Shown here: positions 27,900 to 41,124 of the stretch, in pieces
Layout: each line of letters opens with the position of its first letter
Position numbering within the stretch: position 1 is the first letter of the stretch
Origin: Octopus vulgaris
Taxonomy: Eukaryota
DNA length: 64,000 nt
Assembly: GCA_951406725.2 (NCBI GenBank)
Contig: OX597832.1
Coordinates: 67,642,001-67,706,000 of the forward strand
Direction: 5' to 3'
The notes under the pieces: model-generated
The model's input: the letters and a program-made list of their open reading frames with translations, nothing else
The model's database searches: none
Told to the model about the DNA's origin: nothing
Position numbers and translations under genes: made by a program

Positions 27900-28250
27900 A
27901 AGCTCCATGAAAAATACAAAAGAAATAATTGCAGCAACGAATCAAGAGAGGTAATAGTAATGTTTGTTACATTATTGACATCGATGAAAACTACAGACGA
28001 GTTTGTTTAATACATTGACGTCTGCAACAGCGATCCAAGTCGAGGCGAGGGCATAACATTGCGACGTGTAGCTTATAGCGTACGAAAATAACAATGTGTA
28101 CAAGACGAGAGGTAAGAGTCGACGGCAATGAGATTAAATATTTTGCAGGGTCACCGTTCATGTTTAATGTAATGCCGAAGATAGCAACGAAGACTGAACG
28201 TCACATTCCATTTAAAGCAATGGAAACTGGAGACTATACACAATACAATG
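27900..28250 (+). mobile_element. Possible decayed non-LTR RT fragment
   Basis: Broken frames: MFVTLLT/IDID, REVRVDGNEIKYF, QG-like; order is consistent with the RT core. Confidence 0.25.
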
Positions 28251-28411
28251 TTTGATAGTTAAAATTTCTTATTGAGATTGCGGAAATTGAGGTTATGCAT
28301 ATATTTCAATGCGAAAATCTCATACAATGTGCTAAATTCACGTTGGCGTTGCTTGAAAATATAATAAGCAGAGAATATATCGGAGGCTTTCAACAAACAC
28401 GCACATACACA

Positions 28412-28450
<39 letters not shown>

Positions 28451-28454
28451 TCAA

Positions 28455-28768
28455 GACTCCGCCGGTTACGACGACGAGGGTCCCAGCTGATACGATCAAC
28501 GGAACAGCTTGCTCGTGAAATTAACGTGCAAATGGCTGAGCATTCCACAGACACGTGTACCCTTAACGTAGGTCTCGGGGATAATCAGCGTGACACAGAG
28601 AGTTACAAGGCTGACCCTTTGAAATACAAGTACAACTCATTTTTGCCAGCTGAGTGGACTGGAGCAACGTGAAATAAAGTGTCTTGCTCAAGGACACAAC
28701 GCGTCGCCGGGAATCGAACTCACAATCTTACGATCTTACGAATGCCCTAACCACTAAGCCACGCGCCC

Positions 28769-28770
<2 letters not shown>
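28455..28770 (-). mobile_element. CORE-type tRNA-derived SINE family 2, full length, between (TA)n tracts
   Basis: Minus head gagggcgcgtggcttagtggttagg (A box)...gagttcgattccc (B box), then gtgtccttgagcaagacacttt (CORE-like). Confidence 0.9.
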
Positions 28771-28814
<44 letters not shown>

Positions 28815-28818
<4 letters not shown>

Positions 28819-29185
28819 AGTTCAGTAAAAATTTAAATTCAGATGAATATGGTACTTAAGTTGAAGGCATACAATTTGAAATATCCATACAATTTAAAAT
28901 AAGCTGATTATAATTAAAATAAGCAACAAGGATATCCAGAGGTAATGCAGTACGATAATTTCATCCATTTAATTGAACAATGCAAATATTACATCAATTC
29001 AAAATGTAGAGAAATCTTCAGCTGCACAAAAAAACAGAATTTAATTAAATTCGAAGGACCAGCTTAAGATTGCTCTACATTTTAAATTGATGTAATATTT
29101 GCATTGTTCAATTAAATGTAGTCGCATGAAACAATCGTACTGCATTACCTCTGGATATCCTTGTTGCTTATTTTGATTAGACATA
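28815..29185. mobile_element. Fold-back family C element with HHR (28946-29026, minus)
   Basis: 28910-29025 vs 29060-29180 inverted; TGCAG-CTGAAGA-long stem II-GAAA-TTATCG-TA-CTGCA. Confidence 0.7.
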
Positions 29186-29215
29186 TACTTATATATGCAT
29201 GCATATATGTATATG

Positions 29216-29288
<73 letters not shown>

Positions 29289-29462
29289 ATGCAATAATAA
29301 ATCTCTGAGCGAGGTATAAACAGTAGCTACACGTCACCGTGAAGTATATTAGCCACTTAAATGTGGCTAACCCTTGAGGGTGGATGCTACTGCAGTTTGT
29401 AGATCCAGGAAGACACCTCCTCCAGCTGGCTATTGACACACTTTCTGTGCCTTGACGTGATA

Positions 29463-29507
29463 CACACGGACCCGAGTCTCTGTGTATTGACCCGTCATTA
29501 GCGTGTG
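29463..29507 (-). ncRNA. Hammerhead ribozyme motif in the inverted terminal copy (degenerate)
   Basis: Reverse complement: CACACG-CTAATGA-CGGGT-caat-ACACA-GAGA-C-TCGG-G-TC-CGTGTG. Confidence 0.6.
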
Positions 29508-29888
29508 ACAGTCAGCCACATTTAAGTGGAAAATGCACTTCACGATGTCGTGCAGCTACTCTTTATATCTAGCTCAGAGATTTATTGTTGCTTGTTTACA
29601 CTTTTCCGAGATTAGTGACTTTTCGTCACGGGTAAAAGGATATATATATTTGCATTGAGAACCAATCCACATCGTCAAACGGTGGTTGCTACTATTGCGT
29701 GTTGGTTGTGATTTCGTCGATGTGAGTTCGAATCGTTACACACTGATATTGTATGTTTGTTGTAGGTTTCCCCGCGTGGGTGAACCAGGATTCGTTGGAT
29801 TGTGTAAATTATTGAGAATAGACAAAGTTACGCAGCGGCAACGACACAAGGAATAAATACCAACGCCCTGGAATTGCAGGGAATAGAA

Positions 29889-31071
29889 ATGGACACAAGA
29901 AAGAGGAAGGAAGGAAGAAAATTTGTAAAAAAGGAGGGAACCAGTCTAAAGCTAACTCCCCCAGAAGAACTGATGAAAATTATAGGGAAGAGGACGGTAG
30001 TATACAGAACGTTGTCTACGTCCTCGAACAAGACAGAGGCAGCCCCAACAGAAGAAATAGAGGAATGCCTCAAAATGTGAAAAAATTGACCACGTCCTAT
30101 ACACGTGGAAAGAAGTATGGCTCAGTGGAAGTAAGGTTTAGCAACGAAGAAGATGCCATAAACCACTCCACGGCGCTGTTACGGACAACAGCATGGATAC
30201 TACTCCCGACGTACTGTGGCAAACGCTTTGCCAGAGTGTGAGTTGGAAGAGTACCCCCAGAAATCTAGGAAGAATGGCTGGTAGCAGCCATAATTCACGA
30301 TATGAAGGATGGGGCAGAGATCCTCAAGATAACGAGGTCGATTGGTGGGGATATAACCTCGAAGTGACTATGCAGGTATATTTGGAAGACTTGCATAGTA
30401 TAACGGGGGAAATAATACAACTGGAAGACAGCAGACTTCGAATAACAGTGAAGACCACCAACATGATTCCTTTTCAGCAAAAAGGGGCACAAGAAAGCAA
30501 GATGTCCCGAGAAGGAAAACGAAGAGGAGAAGAAAAGTGAAAAATACAATACCGAAGAGGTAGTACCAACGAAAGGGACAGATAGAGTGGAGGAACCCTT
30601 CACAGTAGTAAACACGAAGAAGAGAAAGGGACGGGTGAATTCTCCCCCACACAGTAAAAAAAAGGCTAAAGGAGATTGTGATAGAAGGAAAGTGAAATAG
30701 GTGTGAAGCACCAACAAAAGCACTAGTGAAAGAAGTCACAAAGGAAAAAACAGCTTTACAACAGGGAGAAAAAGGAAGCGTTCATAATATTTGTTGTGAT
30801 GTTTCTGCACGCCCAAACAGATCAGGCCGGGAGCCGCAAAGGTAAAGAAATAGTGAAAACGATTGTAAAATTTAAATTGGCAATAAGAGTAAAGTTGCCG
30901 CCAGGAAAATACCCGGAATACACAAAAGGAATAGTCATAGATAACGAGAGATTTTTGAAATCAAGAGAGATGTATGGACTTTTCATAGACCCGCTGGAGG
31001 TTGAAGTCGAGTTTGACGAGTTCCCACTAGTCTTGGAATTAGAAGATTCGAAACACTTTATGAACATGTAA
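29889..31071 (+). pseudogene. Decayed L1/Tx1-type ORF1 (RRM-like region plus CCHC zinc knuckle; ZCCHC3-like)
   Basis: Joined frames: MDTRKRKEG...YGSVEVRFSNEEDA...PTYCGKRFARV*VGRVPPEI*EEWLVAAI...RLRITV / RPPT*FLFSKKGHKKARCP (decayed CX2CX4HX4C at 30464-30505), then a K/E-rich tail; several stops and frameshifts. Confidence 0.7.
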
Positions 31072-31406
31072 AAACAGGTAAAATTTGTACTTCATATATA
31101 AAAAGAACGAGGAAAATATACTGTTAAAAAGCTTAAAGCAAACAGAAAAAATCGATCCAAAAGATAACAAAAAGTAAGAAAAAGCGAACGAAAAATGGGA
31201 GAAAAAGAAAAGACTGTAAGAACGTTTAATTGTGAAAAAGTAATCGTGGTTTCGTCTCGGAGCGGGACCGTGAGAGCCGTCTCATATTCATTATAATTTA
31301 ATTCATTGTAATTCATTCTTTCAATTTTTTTTTTTGTTTTTGCATGTTTGTGTATGTCCCCTCTGTATAGGCCTTGTGCCTATAATAACGTGAAACCGGT
31401 GATTGT

Positions 31407-31451
31407 CACACGCTGATAACGGGTCAATACCCAGAGACTCGGATCCGTGTG
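31407..31451 (+). ncRNA. Hammerhead ribozyme motif in the 3' terminal repeat (degenerate)
   Basis: CACACG-CTGATAA-CGGGT-caat-ACCCA-GAGA-C-TCGG-A-TC-CGTGTG; combining both copies restores CTGATGA. Confidence 0.6.
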
Positions 31452-31779
31452 TATTACATCAGGTTGTAAATGGGAAGGATGGGTTCCCTTTGCAAATATT
31501 GATAGAGATTAGAAAGTGTGTCAAAAGCCAGCTGGAGAAAGTGTATTCCTGTGGCTACAAGCTACAGTAGCATCCACCCTTAAGGATTAACCACATTGAA
31601 GTGGCAAATATATTTCACGATATATATATATATATATATGAATGATACATATCCACTCGTGACCTGGAAAGAGCACCTCTGATCAAGCCTGGTGCCTTCC
31701 TAACCAACCTGGCCTCGGAAAATCTGACTGATAAACCGTGCCATCAGATCCTTGGGTAATTATTCTTCTCGCGGGGACT

Positions 31780-32620
31780 TGTGAATTAAGTCAATAAAAC
31801 AAATTTTAGAGTTGAAAATCATTGAAAATTATTACGTTTTATTTTCAGAGTGTAACTCACACAGCTGTAAGTGTAACTTTTTTATTGCTAACTTTGCTTC
31901 TACGCAAAATATTATGGCTCATCTTGGTAGTTTGGGCTCCAGTGATTGAACCTGAAATACGAGGGCTGGAAAGGCCTTCAGTTGCGTTTGGAGCACAAGA
32001 GGAATTAGCTTTTTTTAATGTATCTTTAAGCCTACGTCAACGTTGATTGAACCACTACATCCCTGCTGTATTCTTGTTTCATATGGACGCCCACATCGTT
32101 AAGATATTAAATAGCTGAAGATATTTCACAAGAAATGTCTAATGGGAGCATAGGAGCATACCTCATCAAATGCCTTATGCGATGGATTGGTTATGTCTTT
32201 GCGTTGATGATGTCAGGTTCGCTGCACAAACCCATAAAGTACGTTCATGATAACACCAAAACATCGTCAAGTTCTTGAAAATAAGTATTCTTGAATAAGA
32301 ACTTCTCCAACTAAACAGTTGGGAATGGCAATGATTAGTTTGTGAAAATTCAAAATTTCCTTCAAATAGTGGGGCATAATTCACACAAACTGCAGGATGT
32401 TGTACTACAGTATGGTCAATGGTTCGGAAACAATGTTATATCTACTGAATGCAATGACAATGCGCTTACAAAAGCTTGACAACCATTACTATGGAGTCAC
32501 ACATTAGGGAATAAATATCTGTAGATTATGTCTACGAATCTCCAGCAGTTGCAGCGGGGCTATGTTGCTCTTTTGTGGCCAAAGTTTGATAGTGTTGTAA
32601 TGGGATGGAAATTTGTCTCA
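31780..32620 (+). mobile_element. Possible heavily decayed Tc1-like transposon
   Basis: Fragments GRPH, LMRWIGYV, NLQQLQR in Tc1-like order; no intact motifs. Confidence 0.2.
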
Positions 32621-32975
32621 GAAAAAAATCAAAATCTACAGATTTTCCTTTCCTGTGGATCCTCATCGACTAGGTGCTACCTACTCATCTGTGGAACGTG
32701 GTGGTAAGGCGGTCAAAACTGTTAAAAGCATAAGACTCAGGTAAGACAGTGGGGCGGCGTAACATTCAACAAGAAATAAGTATCGAGTTGCAGACCACTA
32801 TACACACTTATTCAGACACATGCACAGACACACGTATACATATATAAACATAGAGATGTAAAAATGCACATCATCTCCCAACCGACCCTTACCGATACTG
32901 GAACGTTGGAGTATGTATTGTGTCTTCAAACAACAGCTTTACAGTATATCTTTTTTATCTTTGGCGCGCAGAAAC

Positions 32976-33020
<45 letters not shown>

Positions 33021-33821
33021 ATATGTAGAGCGAGCAGGAGAGGGAGAGAGGGAGTTTTAACAACAAGTTATTAGTATCACTATGCCTTAGCGAAATCATA
33101 AAATACATAGATAGATAGATAAATAGATAGGTTACGCACACATTAACATGCAAACTCAAAAACGCACACACAAATTGTCTATCAAACACACACATATATA
33201 TAGAGATAGAGATGAAGAGTAAGAGAGAGGGGCATAGAGAGAAAGATTTCCTTTCTCTTCGCTCTAAATTACCCCAGCGCAAGACAGCATAAACAAAATT
33301 AATTTTAAAAAATATAGAATAATAAAATTGCAGAATAAGAGATAACACAAAAAAATATGAATAAATAAATTAGGAACCCAGTCTCTTCTATATTCTCCAT
33401 TGTAATTTCGTTATATAAAGAAACAAACACGACTAATTTTTATTCATCTATTCAGAGAATGAAATAGTAACATTCTGTCGTAGATGGAGTGAAAAAAACT
33501 AATAATAAAACTTAACTTCATCGGAATCTCTTGAGATATATCGTATCTATTGATATTTTTTCAATAAATATCAAAGAATATGGTTTACGTCTGTTCATTT
33601 TTCATTTCATTTTCTCCTCAGTTTATCAATAACGTGCAATGAATAATAAGTGTTTTTCAGATCCTATCTTCTTTGCGGAATCTTCAGGAACTATAAAAAT
33701 AATAATAATAATAATAATAATAATAGGAAGGACTTAATGAGAAATGAAATACTGTGTTAAATCTAGTGTGCATATATGTGTATATCTGATTATTCATACA
33801 TACATATATACATATGTATCT

Positions 33822-33898
<77 letters not shown>

Positions 33899-34093
33899 TA
33901 TGAAACTGTTATCGATTCAATATCTGTAAGACTACTTAGTCTCACATACCAAAGAGTATATGCACTCATTACGTTCAGAAATTCCCGACAGATATTCTGT
34001 TTGTGGGAGTCTTTCAATACGTTGAAGTAGATCACAACGCATATGTGTGTATATGTGTGGGGTATTTTTATGTATATGCTTGTACACACACAT

Positions 34094-34148
<55 letters not shown>

Positions 34149-35149
34149 AATACATATTTATATATATACATACTTGCATATACTTACATGTGTAGTATAT
34201 GTATATATATATTTACATGTGTGAGCATATACATACATACATATATATATATATATATGAATATATACATACATACACACACACACATATAGATATGCAT
34301 ATATGTATAAATTTGTACATATATATACGCATTTGTGTTGCTTTTGTATATAAATATTACTCACACAGTAACGTTCAATTAAATGAAGATGAAGAAGTTA
34401 TATTTTGAGTATTCCCAAATGAGATCTAATAATAAGCAAAGCCCTTGAACCGCTATATATGTATCGAAAGAGCCTTATTGATTTAAAACACTTTCAATCA
34501 CGAATCATAATTGTATCATTCAATATTACCCACGAGTTTAACTTGATTTATATTGTTTATTGTGGTATATCTGCAATATTTTGCCTTCAATACTTTCTTT
34601 TCTCCAATCACAACTTCAAGCTTAAATTTAAGCTGCATTTACTTGATTTCCGTTTTCATTGCACTTTGATGCCATGTTGAGGGACTTTATTTTGTAGTTG
34701 TATATCTCCGCGGCGTTCGTCAGTAAAAAGTGATAGAACCTTTCTCTCATTATACCATTTTTTCGCTCAAACCACCTCCAACAAATGATTCCGTTCTTGG
34801 TTTTTGGTGTTTTTGCGCCTCCCGTTTTAACACATATATCTAAATGCTTCCTTGTCCTACGAGTAGTCAATATGTTTCGACCAATCTCATTCGTTTCCGT
34901 TGATAACTTGTTGACATCATTTACCCAAATCTTAAATCTAGAGAAGAGTTCTGGGTGTCGCAGCAACTCCTCAGACTAAGGCATATAGGGAAAATTGTAG
35001 CATTTATTCATGTAGTTTCTTACGCAAATATGCGAAGAAATATGGCAGAGAGTTAATTCAATTCTACAACGAGACAAAATGTGCTATTCCACAGCTAGTA
35101 TATATCATAAAGCGTTATATTTTATGCTACATTTGAAAGCCCTTTACCA

Positions 35150-35800
35150 CCTTACATAGGATCTGCATAACTACAATTGTTGGAATTTTAAAAATGTTTT
35201 GCTCAAGAAAAACCACCACGCCTTATTCTATACATGCTTTCCCTCAATCATCCCGAAAACCATATTCAATGTCATAGTGACTGTGAACAAATTAGCCATT
35301 CAAGCTAGCTTTAACCCAAAATCCTCTTATCTAACTGCTTCACAATGGATTTTCTTACTGTATTTCCAAAATTGACTACATTGACGACACCATTTCATGT
35401 TCCACAGTCTTTTAAAACCCTCTAATAATTTAAAAACCACTGAATATGTTTTAGTCATTCATCTAAAACGTTTCATTTGATTTTGAAATTTTGCGACACG
35501 TTTAGCACAAGCATAATTAATGTGAATAGCTTTGCCACGCTCGTTTGTCCTTTTACACAAATAACCAACGGAATGCGCATTTCCGTCGAGAACTTTCTCT
35601 TCATGTCCCAATGTCACTTATATAAATCTAAGTGAGCAAAATGTTTCCTAATAGTTTAAGTATCCATTAACGCATACTAATGACCTCCAATGGGACAATA
35701 TTATTCAAATTAGTGAGTGTCATATGATGTACCGACCTCCATTCCTCATGAACACAATGGCAAAGTTCCGAACAACGAATACATATATTTATAAAAAGCT
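35150..35800 (+). pseudogene. Decayed ubiquitin-specific protease (peptidase C19)-like fragment
   Basis: EYVLVIHLKRF (35440-35475) matches the USP LxIHLKRF motif; upstream QCHSDCEQIS; downstream FKLVSVI and a YIYL*K-like end. Confidence 0.5.
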
Positions 35801-38309
35801 TTATCTTTCCTTAATTAACTTCTAAAATTAACTTAATTACAATAACGAATTAATGATGAATTAGTTAATTAACTAATATTTTTTTAATCGTTCTGAAATT
35901 TATAATTACATTGTTGAATATGCTGCTTAAGTGATACGAGGTGAGATCATGCGTTGATTCTAAGACTACCAATTCTGTAATATTCACTGCCTTAAAATAG
36001 TATTTAATCATTATTTCTAGCGCAGAAATAGCTGTGGATTGGCAGAATCGCAAGAGCATCGAAACGAAAGAAAATATGCTTAATGACATGTTGCGCCGAT
36101 TCTTCAAAATATGAGTTCATGATCAACCGAGATCAAATTGGATTTTAAAATTTCGCGGTCGTATTAATATATCATTCAATACTGAAGTTAGCGGTATTGC
36201 CCTTCCTCTTCCTATCGAATTTCCTGGTTTCTTTCTAAAGCCGTCTATGTTACGGGGAAAAGTCAAGTGTGTATTGAACTTGTGCAGGCAGACAACTTAG
36301 TACATTAAAGCCATTTATGGTATCACTTCCGAGTTTCAAACGTAGAGTAGAAACAATATCATCGATAATGGCTGAATTTGCGTTTGACTCCCGATAACTG
36401 ATGAAGAATTGATGATCTTCTGTGTTTTGTGTTCGCCTATGTACTTAGCATATGTTCGTTTGTTTATTTACTACACTTTTTTTAAATTATATATAGAGGT
36501 ATATCTTCCGTTTGTTGTCTTTTTATTTAATCCTGAAACAAATATATATATATATTCACAATATATTGGACACATGTTTTGTGTCGTTAACCAGCTGGTA
36601 GAGACGTTTTCTTGGGGTTAAGATGTAGTAACATAGTTCTGTAAAGAACAGCCATGTTAAAGTGGCAAAAATTTGTACCGTCTAGTTTCTACTTATATCT
36701 CGTTTCGAGATTTTTGAACCAGCTACTTTGCTCATTACGAGATCAACACATGGCTGGTGCTTCTCTATTTTTATATTGTGAGTAGGAACGATTGACTGCC
36801 ATATGAATACCAGTCAGGTATACATATGTGCGTGTGTTCATATAGAAATGCTTATTGCATGAATGTTCTTGCAGAAACGTATATATATATATATACATAA
36901 CTATATATACACCAGAGTATGCACATAAATACGAAATAAGGAGGAAGAAGCAGTACTCGAATACCGGAGGTAGAGGAATATGTTTTATTAAAAAGGCATA
37001 TATATATATATAAATATAAATATATGTGCCTCTGTGTGTGTGTGTGTGTGTGTATAAACGTCGTTTTGACTTGCATATGTATTTATAGTAGGGTGAAAGT
37101 GAAACTTATAGTAAAGAAGTTAGAAATACTGAGATCCATAACTTGGTATTTCACGCTTCTACGCATCTATCATTTGGTATCAGATCCCTAAAGGTTTGCA
37201 CATTACCAATAAGAATCACTCAAATATTTAATTTTTGCTTCTAGAGCTTGAGAACGCGTACATGATGATAGTTTAGGGGGAACAATGCTGTATTAGTCAC
37301 TGACCAAATTCCCGTGCGTCATGACTCCTATTTCTGCATTTATACGAGTCGGACGGAAATATTAAATTTATCATATGCAACAAGTCAGAACAAACAATAA
37401 TGAACGAATGTCTGCTTGGTCTATTTTTTGTAAATACATATACACACACACACACATGCACACACACACACAAACACATACACATTTATACACACACATA
37501 TACACGCTTGTATATATACATACTAAGAGTTAGATAGATGGATAGATATATTTGTACATGCATACATACACATATAAATGTATTCACAGATACAAGCTGA
37601 AACAGAAAGTCAATGAATAAAGAGAGACAACACTAAAGAAGCGCGCGCGCATGTGTGTGTGTGTGTGTGTACGTATCTATTAGTGAAAGGCTATTTTAAA
37701 AAGTCATGCCTTACGTGCAACCATCTATTGATCCCAGCGTGTGCACCGGTGGTCACTCATCAATCATAGTTGAATCCTTTCACCTTATATCCACAGTGAC
37801 AGATGATATATCGAAGTTCCTCACCAGTAATTTTCTTCTTTCTTTCCGAATTCTATCAGGCCCATTATAGCGTGTTCTGCCCATCACATTCCCACACCAT
37901 GCAACCAAAGACGAAATAACACTTTGATCAAATATGACCCCCGTTTATTTCACCTGCTTATTTCTTTAAATTTTGTTTCATTGGGAATATGGTGTCATAA
38001 ATCACATTTGCTACTTTCTAACAGTATCCATTTTCTCATATATCAAGAATTAGTGCAATGGTATTTCGTTTTCTTTAGGAGAATTGAAGCTACATAAATA
38101 TTATAAACTTTATAACACGCTTGTCATTGCTTTTCCGGGTTTTCAGAATTTTTTTCTTCCTCATAAGAATTGTGTATTTCTTTCCAAAATCAAGGAAATA
38201 TTTGACAATATTCTAAAGTGTACATTTTAAACGGGCCCAAAATCATAGTTCTTGATGCTATTTGTATTTATTATTTTCAGTGTGCCGATCTATATATGTA
38301 TATATCTGT

Positions 38310-38347
<38 letters not shown>

Positions 38348-39815
38348 GTATGTATAGCTTTGGCAATAAGGAATATATATATACACATACCATATATATA
38401 TATGTGTGTGTGTGCGTGTGTGTGTGTATTTCTTATTAATATTTAGCAAAAGCAGAAGAGGGACGCAATGATGGAAAATTTCGTTCGTTAGCTAATCATG
38501 ACAGGGAAATTGATGAAAATATTAATTTCCCAAGGTATAGACAGATACCATTGTGCGAACACACAAAGAGATATGCGGCGAATCGCTGATCAAACTTCAC
38601 AGTTTCACCCATCTAGCAATGCAAGGAAAATTCCCTATACGAGAACGATTAAAGAGAATATATTTATTGAAAAATAGAAACCGCGCTGTTATAGGAATGC
38701 AAAACAAATTTTGGATACAAGATATTTTAGTTCATGAAAGCATAGTGAACTGTATACATATTATATTTCACTAATTTAATTCATGAATTTATTATTTCAT
38801 AATATAAATGCAACAAATTTACCCACGAAAATTTTACCCTGGAAAATCGTGTACCCCACAAAACCAAAGGGTAATAATCACCCCACATCTTGAATAATAA
38901 CAGTCACCAGTTACCTCCCCTTAGATGTTTCTCCATGCAGGTTCATCTACACACAAACTTTCATACAAAACACACACACACACACACAGACAGACGTGTG
39001 TTTGTGTGTGTGTGTTTAGAAGGGTGTTTAATATGTCAGGTCAGAGAGTGACAAGAGAAACCATACCGCCTTCAAACGTTTTCGGAAGGGATCGTAGGCA
39101 GAACTGGGGACGTTGTAAGAAGTATAACACCGCCTCACCTAATGTCTGCTCATTTGAGTTTTGTTCAGGAATTCTTGTTTATGAAATTGACGGACCTTGT
39201 CTTTGACCTCCCTTCAGTTTTAGAAATTTACATGCTTCCAACCATTTGAGTCAGAAGTGTCTCCTATGCGACTTAGCGCTTTATATGTACGAAACCACCG
39301 TCCATACAAACATATAGATATATACACGCATTTATAAATACATGCACAAAAATACACACAGACACACACACAAATATACACTCACACACACACACATACA
39401 CACATACGTACATATTAGGACATGTATATATAAGGATCAGACTGATAGTCAATTGACAAGTATGTAATGATGAAAGATTGGGCTGCCAGAATATCAATAT
39501 AATATATCAGAGTATAACGAGTATCAACGAGTGTGTATAAGAGTATCAACGAGTGTGTATTGCATAGATGTATTGTTAATGATCTTGGATTGTCGAAGAT
39601 ATATATACATTCTTATAAAAACTGCATATTCATGTTTACCAACCAAGTTAGCAAAAATAAGGAGGGAAAACATTCTGTTATATTATTTTGGTTGTAAAGA
39701 AAGAACGAAGTTTAATGAAATCTAGAAATGTCAACAGGTTGATCGAAACCTTCACTTTACCAAACACCAAAAGATACTTGGAAATTTTAGAAGCGATATA
39801 TATTTATATATAAAT

Positions 39816-40020
39816 ATGTGTTATGAGTATTTATAGAACACATATCCCATAGAAACTTAACAAATAATTAAAGATGGTGAAGAGGTGTTAAAAGTTTTAA
39901 AAGAACTTAATCCATGCATGGATTAAATTCTTTTAAAACTTTTAACAACTTCTCTTCTCCATCTTTAATTGTTTGTTGAGTTTCTATAGGATATGCGTTC
40001 TATAAATATTCGTAACACAT
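39816..40020. repeat. ~200 bp spacer-less imperfect palindrome
   Basis: Centred on ttaatccatgcatggattaa; arms atgtgttatgagtatttatagaac... / ...gttctataaatattcgtaacacat. Confidence 0.9.
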
Positions 40021-40163
40021 CTTATAATTCCAGCATTTTCCTATTCGAAAAATTCTTACAACATAAGCTACCAATGTAATATGAAGAATCTTTATTAGAA
40101 ATAGACAAAGTAAAGGATGAAATAGAACTCAACCTTTTCTCATATATATATATATACATACAA

Positions 40164-40263
<100 letters not shown>

Positions 40264-40682
40264 ATATATGCTTTTGCACTGGGGTAAATTGCGAAATCTA
40301 GAAGTGTGTCGCTTGCAAAATGCATTCCTATCAAACAATCTTTGATAACTTCCATTTGACCAAACATTTACTATCTCCTTCTGGAACTGGTTTCAATGTC
40401 AACAAGACATTTTTTCGATTAGAATTATCTGTTCTCATTACAGAATAAATCCCTGACATTCCTGTCAGGAGAAGGTCATCTGTTGTTGCAGCATAAACAA
40501 ATGAATGCTGTTCAAAATAAAATATACTAATTACAATCGCTATGCAATCCCTATGGATACACATGACTCTCTTCATATCAACACATGCATAAAGACGCAC
40601 ACAGAGACATACATACACATACGCATACACAAATATATATATATATATATATATACATGAAGAAATCTATTAATCTATCTAG

Positions 40683-40732
<50 letters not shown>

Positions 40733-40746
40733 GCACACGCACGCAT

Positions 40747-40795
<49 letters not shown>

Positions 40796-41124
40796 TATAT
40801 ATATATTTATACAGGGTCCGGTAAATAATTGTATTATCGTTCCTACATATGCAGTTACCACACATTTAAATTCTATCACAAATCCAAATACCAAAATGAC
40901 CATACGGTACATATCTGCATTAATTATTAGGTAATCCCATTAACCAATAAATTTACACTCTAACTTATAACCCATATCTAGTTTCTCACAAATACAGCCA
41001 TCTGATTATATTCGTTTACATACATACACACCCATACGCGAGTATATACATACCAGTGAGGGTATGCATGTGGATATATGTAAACACTTATACACATGCA
41101 ACATATAGATAACTGCAAATATAG

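Larger units (their letters stand above)
29291..31620 (+). mobile_element. Penelope-architecture element (HHR-bearing pLTR plus inverted 5' copy) carrying only a gag-like ORF1
   Basis: 29340-29513 is the reverse complement of 31401-31620; 29514-29591 is the inverse of 29291-29368 and a direct repeat of the 3' terminus; flanked by (TG)/(TA) microsatellites. Confidence 0.8.

Noticed and set aside
29291-31620. DIRS-type or LTR interpretation of the terminal repeats
   Set aside because: No tyrosine recombinase, RT/RNase H, PBS or TG..CA ends; the HHR plus partial-tandem/inverted layout fits PLEs better
34628-34966. 112 aa minus ORF faintly resembling a MULE/FAR1 N-terminus
   Set aside because: No convincing conserved residues
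39505-39560. Short tandem repeat gagtatcaacgagtgtgtat
   Set aside because: Two to three slippage copies, no spacers; not CRISPR
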